Source: Chlorokybus atmophyticus (Eukaryota; Plantae; Mesostigma and Chlorokybus algae). Taken from it: 13,345 nucleotides of DNA. The DNA is taken from assembly GCA_009103225.1 (NCBI GenBank), contig RHPI01000249.1:1-13345 (forward strand), given 5' to 3'. The notes below the pieces were generated by a model, which worked only from the letters and a program-made list of their open reading frames with translations, did no database searches and was not told the origin of the DNA. The position numbers were made by a program, and so were the translations under genes. Positions 8,471-13,345 of this stretch are shown here, piece by piece; position 1 is the first letter of the stretch; every line of letters begins with the position of its first letter.

Positions 8471-9184
8471 CAGTAGATGCGCACCCGTTTTAAGAATCGT
8501 TTCTGTGCCGCTGTCCACCTACTGCTATCACTACACACTAAGTTTGTGATAGAAACGGATCAATAATGTAACCCTCTTTTTTTTAGCCGCATTTCTACCG
8601 AGGCTGCGGCAGCACCGGCAGCACTGGTCTCCTAGATCTAACTGCATTTTACTGGACTGCATACAGCGACCTCCTATTTGAGTTATGCTGATCAGCTCGA
8701 CCTTTGTCGGCTCTTTATCTTACTCATTCTTTAATGATTGGATAGTTCTTTAAATAATGCAGCGGCAGGCCATTTTATTTAGTAAGTGTCTCAGCGGCCC
8801 GCTCAGAGTAATACCGGTTCCGTTTAGCTAGTGCAACAGCTTAGAACAGTTTCATCGCTTCGCTGGGTAATAACCGCCCGCGGCTCTATTGTGCAGCCCC
8901 CCTCAATATTCGCACTCGGTCTACTAACTGTCTGACTTGGTGAGTCGGTTTATTGATATTTAGTGTAAACAGATTGCTGCATTACCCGCCTATAATTCTA
9001 CAACTGTAACTGCGTAATGGAATCCGATCCCTTTAGCCTGCAGTGCAACTGGGTTGGCTTCCCATCTTCAGCATAAAAAGAGGATGGTGAAAAGAAGTTG
9101 CTGCGGTGCAGACGATGGTGAAACCGCGTTTCACCATTTTCCGGTTTTCTATCTTGAGACAGTAGTTTTTATGTAGTGGCAACG

Positions 9185-9243
9185 TTTCTGAGTCATTTCT
9201 GAGTCATTTCTGAGTCATTTCTGAGTCATTTCTGAGTCATTTC
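9185..9243. repeat. 11-bp tandem repeat TTTCTGAGTCA x5 plus 4 nt
   Basis: Exact units at 9185, 9196, 9207, 9218 and 9229. Confidence 0.93.
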
Positions 9244-10488
9244 GCAGCGGGGGGTAGCAGCAGCGCATCTCTAGATATAATTACCTTTTCCTTGACCATG
9301 TAGCTGCAGACCCGCTACCTTTCTTTGATCAGGTTAATGGCCTCCACTTAAGCAGCTAATCGTTAGGTAATCCATAGATTATAGAGACAGATACTCCAAC
9401 AGAGTAGACCGATAAAGAATCTGATCTAGCTTAGTTTTACCCTCGCCTAATCTACAGATGGCTGCACAAAGCTGCAATTGGCTAACAGTACCTTACTGGG
9501 CGGCACTGGAGTTGGATTTAGGAAATCATATCTATCTGCACTGCAGAAATTGCATATTAACCTTTGGGGTAATCTAACTCTCTAATCTGGCTCTCTAATC
9601 TACCTCTTTAATCTGTCTTTATAATCTGGCGATGGATAAATGCATGCATGCATCCGGGGGTAATCAGCCGCACTGCGCCTGCTGCCAGCAGCTTCACCAT
9701 GCAGCCTAATCTGCGATAGAGGGTAATTGTTAGATTACGTGGGGGGATTCCAACATGGTAGATGGTAGATGGTACCCCACCTTGGTTCACCAAGTTGGGT
9801 TGCATAAAGCAGATTTTTAATCGGGAATTGAGTAATCTATTGCGGCTGCATCCAGCGCAGCACTTATCTATTCTATCGATTAGGCTGCATTGCATGCATG
9901 CAATTACTAGGCGATCCCCCTACCTGCACGCCTGCTGCCCATCTACACCAGCTTGATGCATCCACACCTGCATACTACATCAATACCTGATTCGCGATAT
10001 CTACAGGCTAAACCGCCTAAAGAGAAAAAGATGATGCAGCTATCGCAAATCAGGTAATCAATGAATTACAGCAGCTATTGATCGGCAAGCTGTGCCCCAG
10101 CCTTGCTGCCTGCAGTGAATGCAGCCCAACTTGGTTAACCAAGGTATTACAGATCCAGAAAGTTCAGAAGATCCGCTGCAATGCAATGAAATAAAATAAA
10201 ATGGAATGGAATGCAGCCCCCGCATGCATTTATCGTTAAATTACGCTCTCTCGCAGATCAGGCAGCAGGCAAGCTGCAATTTCTGCAGCGGGGCTGCCTG
10301 CATTTCAATTAAAGAGAGCGCAGCATTGTGTGATCTGCCTTGGCAGGGTATACAGTGAGGTAGGACGGTAAAGCAAAGTGCAGTGCAGTGCACTGCAGTA
10401 CAATGCAAAGAAAGAAGGGTCTAGTTGCTAGAATAGAAAGGGTAAATAGCCGTCTAGAGTTATTAAATTGGGTTGCTTCGGCAGGAAG

Positions 10489-10505
10489 CTACCAGAAAGT
10501 GGTAG
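10489..10505 (-). terminator. Short stem-loop just downstream of nad7
   Basis: CTACCA-GAAAG-TGGTAG, a 6-bp stem beginning 8 nt after the stop on the - strand. Function is inferred from position only. Confidence 0.25.
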
Positions 10506-10512
10506 GATAATT

Positions 10513-11709
10513 TTATCTGTCTATTTCACCAAAAACAATGTCTTGAGTACCAATAATAGTTACGACGTCAGCAAGCATATGATTTTTAGACATAAAATCA
10601 AGAGATTGTAGATGGGCAAAACCAGGCGCTCGAATCTTACAACGATAAGGACGATTGGTGTTATTACTTACTAGATAGACACCAAATTCTCCTTTAGGAG
10701 CCTCAACAGCGGTATAAGTTTCAGCGGACGGTACAGAAAATCCTTCAGTATATAATTTGAAATGGTGAATTAAAGATTCCATCGATTGTTTCATTTGGAG
10801 TCTAGAAGGTGGTGTTATCTTACGATCATCACTTTTAATCATTCCAGTTGGCATTTGATTTATACATTGCATTATGATTCGAATACTTTGACGCATCTCT
10901 TCAACACGAATTAGGTATCGATCGTAACAGTCTCCGCGAGTACCTACTGGAACATCAAAATCAACTTTATCATAAACGTCATAAGGCTGAGCTTTTCGTA
11001 GATCCCAGGAGATACCGGAACCTCTTAGCATAACTCCGCTAAATCCCCAATTCATTGCATCTTCTGCGGTAACAACACCAATATCTACAAGTCTTTGCTT
11101 CCAAATACGATTATTAGTTAACATTTCCTCAATCTCATCGACACGAGAAGAAAATTGTTGTGCAAATTTATAAATGTCTTCGCTTAATCCTATTGGTAAA
11201 TCTTGTGATACACCTCCTGGTCGAATATAACTAGCATGCATTCGGGCGCCAGATACTCTTTCATAAAATTCTAATAGTTTTTCACGTTCTTCAAATGCCC
11301 ACAAAAAAGGTGTCAATGCACCAACATCCATTGCGTGAGTTGTTAAAGCTAGTAAATGGTTTAATAATCTAGTGATTTCACTAAAAAGTACTCGAATGTA
11401 TTGAGCTCTTAATGGTACTTCACAACCTAATAATTTTTCTACCGCTAAAGAATATGCATGCTCTTGAGCCATCATAGATACATAATCTAGACGATCAAAA
11501 TAAGGGAGAGCTTGCAAATATGTTTTGTATTCAATCAATTTCTCGGTACCCCTATGTAATAATCCTATATGCGGATCTGCGCGTTCTACCACTTCTCCGT
11601 TCATTTCTAAAACCAATCTTAAAACACCATGCGCTGCAGGGTGTTGAGGCCCAAAGTTAAGAGTGAAATTTTTAATCTTTTTTGCTTCTAAACCATGTTC
11701 AATACCCAT
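10513..11709 (-). CDS. nad7: NADH dehydrogenase subunit 7 (complex I 49-kDa subunit), 398 aa, intronless
   Basis: Motifs [47 protein letters not shown]-type [11 protein letters not shown] and C-terminal DIVFGEIDR. Confidence 0.98.
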   Translation of the reverse strand: MGIEHGLEAKKIKNFTLNFGPQHPAAHGVLRLVLEMNGEVVERADPHIGLLHRGTEKLIEYKTYLQALPYFDRLDYVSMMAQEHAYSLAVEKLLGCEVPLRAQYIRVLFSEITRLLNHLLALTTHAMDVGALTPFLWAFEEREKLLEFYERVSGARMHASYIRPGGVSQDLPIGLSEDIYKFAQQFSSRVDEIEEMLTNNRIWKQRLVDIGVVTAEDAMNWGFSGVMLRGSGISWDLRKAQPYDVYDKVDFDVPVGTRGDCYDRYLIRVEEMRQSIRIIMQCINQMPTGMIKSDDRKITPPSRLQMKQSMESLIHHFKLYTEGFSVPSAETYTAVEAPKGEFGVYLVSNNTNRPYRCKIRAPGFAHLQSLDFMSKNHMLADVVTIIGTQDIVFGEIDR

Positions 11710-12068
11710 AAATTTTTTTCTTTTACTACATTTTCTTAGAGTATAGACTTTATATATCTCTTTACCAATTATCGGAGTAATTTATTAATCGGCGCAATTG
11801 GCAAGGCAGCCCCCCTGCAGCAGCCTGCATGCAGCAGCCCAGCCATCGTGTTGTCAGCCCAGCCAATTGCAGCTACCGTGCTGTCAATGGTTTTTGGAGG
11901 GGTCATCTATTGATTACCAATTGCTGCGGAGAACCCGCTGCATTGCATCGAGAATGTCACAGTTTTCTACGTTGCCGGTAGACTGTTTTTTTCCGTAATG
12001 CTACCCCGTTTACTCTACTTTATTTTACTGCGCCGTTAAAGTACAACATTATTCTACTTTATGCCCCC

Positions 12069-12184
12069 GCTGGGCTGCACTGGGCTGCTGCATGCATGCA
12101 TGCATGCATGCATTGCATGCAGGCTGCTGCACTGGGCTGCAGTGGGCTGCTGCATGCATTGCAGGCTGCAATTGGCTGGGCTGC
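12069..12184. repeat. GC-rich modular GGGCTGCA/TGCA cluster upstream of nad7
   Basis: GGGCTGCACTGGGCTGC and (TGCA)6 words. 12165-12183 is the exact reverse complement of 11855-11873. Confidence 0.85.
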
Positions 12185-13345
12185 AGACTGGCAGCAAGCA
12201 CTAAATTAAACAGGTGCACACTCAACCGCAGCCAAACAGTGACCGACTACGTCGCACTGCACTAGACTAAACTAAACTACACTAAATGGGATTACGCTGC
12301 ACCATTGGGTGTGCAAGTTACCGTAACCTGTGGCGGACTACTTACTTACTTACCTACAGGTATCGTAGATCGGCTCACCTAGATAGTATATGCACCCAAT
12401 TGTGCAGCGGTATAGGTGGACAGTCAGGATCTACTCTAGTGCGTAGCGATCAAAGGTAATTTATTAAATTACCCCAAGTGGTACGGTAAACTAAGGGTAA
12501 ACTGCGCCAATGCCGGAGCTGCAGTGACGGTGCTGTATAAGAAAGCTAAGCTCTAAAAGATATATGGCTTTATAAAACCTTGCTGTAACTGGAATAATGT
12601 ATAATTAATTACTCCCTACTAAAGCAATTCCCTTTCAGCCGCTGCATCAATTGGCACAGGTGCGGCAATACAGTTGCGGGGTTTATGCAGTAATCTAATG
12701 GTTTGCATGCAGCAAGGTATGCAGCCTATGAGATTACAGAGTGGCTGCATTCCATTTAGCAGGCAATCAATCAGTTCTCTCAGCAATGGAGAGACCGATC
12801 TTTTATAGAGCAGATCAGTGCAATAAAAGAAAATACAGTTCTTTTTACCGAATTAAACTAGTGTAGATCATATAAATCGGCGGCTTCGCAGGTGCAACTT
12901 CCTTTAATAGGCGGCTAAGCAAATTGTAAAAATAGTGTAATGTGAAATTCTATCTATACCCTATTTTGTGTGTTTATCCAAAACTACTCTTTTTTATTTA
13001 TAGAGTTAGACCCACTCCACCTAGAGCAAACTAAGGGAATTTGCCCCCCCCTTTCTGATCGTAATGTATAGTACAGCAGAGTTAAGGGCAGTGCAGCGTA
13101 GTCTATTGCGCAGTAAATTGCAGCCAAGCGCAATTAAATAAAGTGCACCTACAAAAGGTAATCTGAATGGATTACCCCTTAATCCGAATGATTACCCTTC
13201 GATACTTATAGAGTCAAGTAGAGTAGAGTAGAGTAAAATGCAGCGTCAATCAAGGAGAATTTAAAGTAGAGTGTTGTCGCAGCTCGATTGATTTACGCTA
13301 TTCTGACTGCACTGAACTGGAATTTCTTTTTTTTTGGGGGGGGGG

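Overview
This is a 13.3-kb piece of a large, loosely packed mitochondrial genome. It is most likely from a streptophyte green alga (inference: standard code, intronless nad7 with no visible need for C-to-U editing, plant-type trnS(GCU), rpl2/rps19/rps10 retained). It holds four intact protein genes: rpl2, rps19 and rps10 on the + strand and nad7 on the - strand. About 0.4 kb after rps10 there is a canonical group II intron 3' end (domains V and VI, bulged A) joined to only the 3' half of a tRNA-Ser(GCU) gene. The matching 5' exon and intron 5' end are not in the window on either strand. The tRNA is therefore either trans-spliced, interrupted by an intron over 6.2 kb that encloses three ribosomal protein genes, or a relic. 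This is the main lead. The long spacers are built from a small vocabulary of short repeats: TGCA/CTGCAG words, phase-locked A-N-T-N-N pentamer arrays, a GATTACCCC palindromic family, perfect palindromes and short tandem arrays. The other ORFs in the track are repeat-derived or unrecognisable. Three N bases (349, 5019, 6661) mark local assembly uncertainty.
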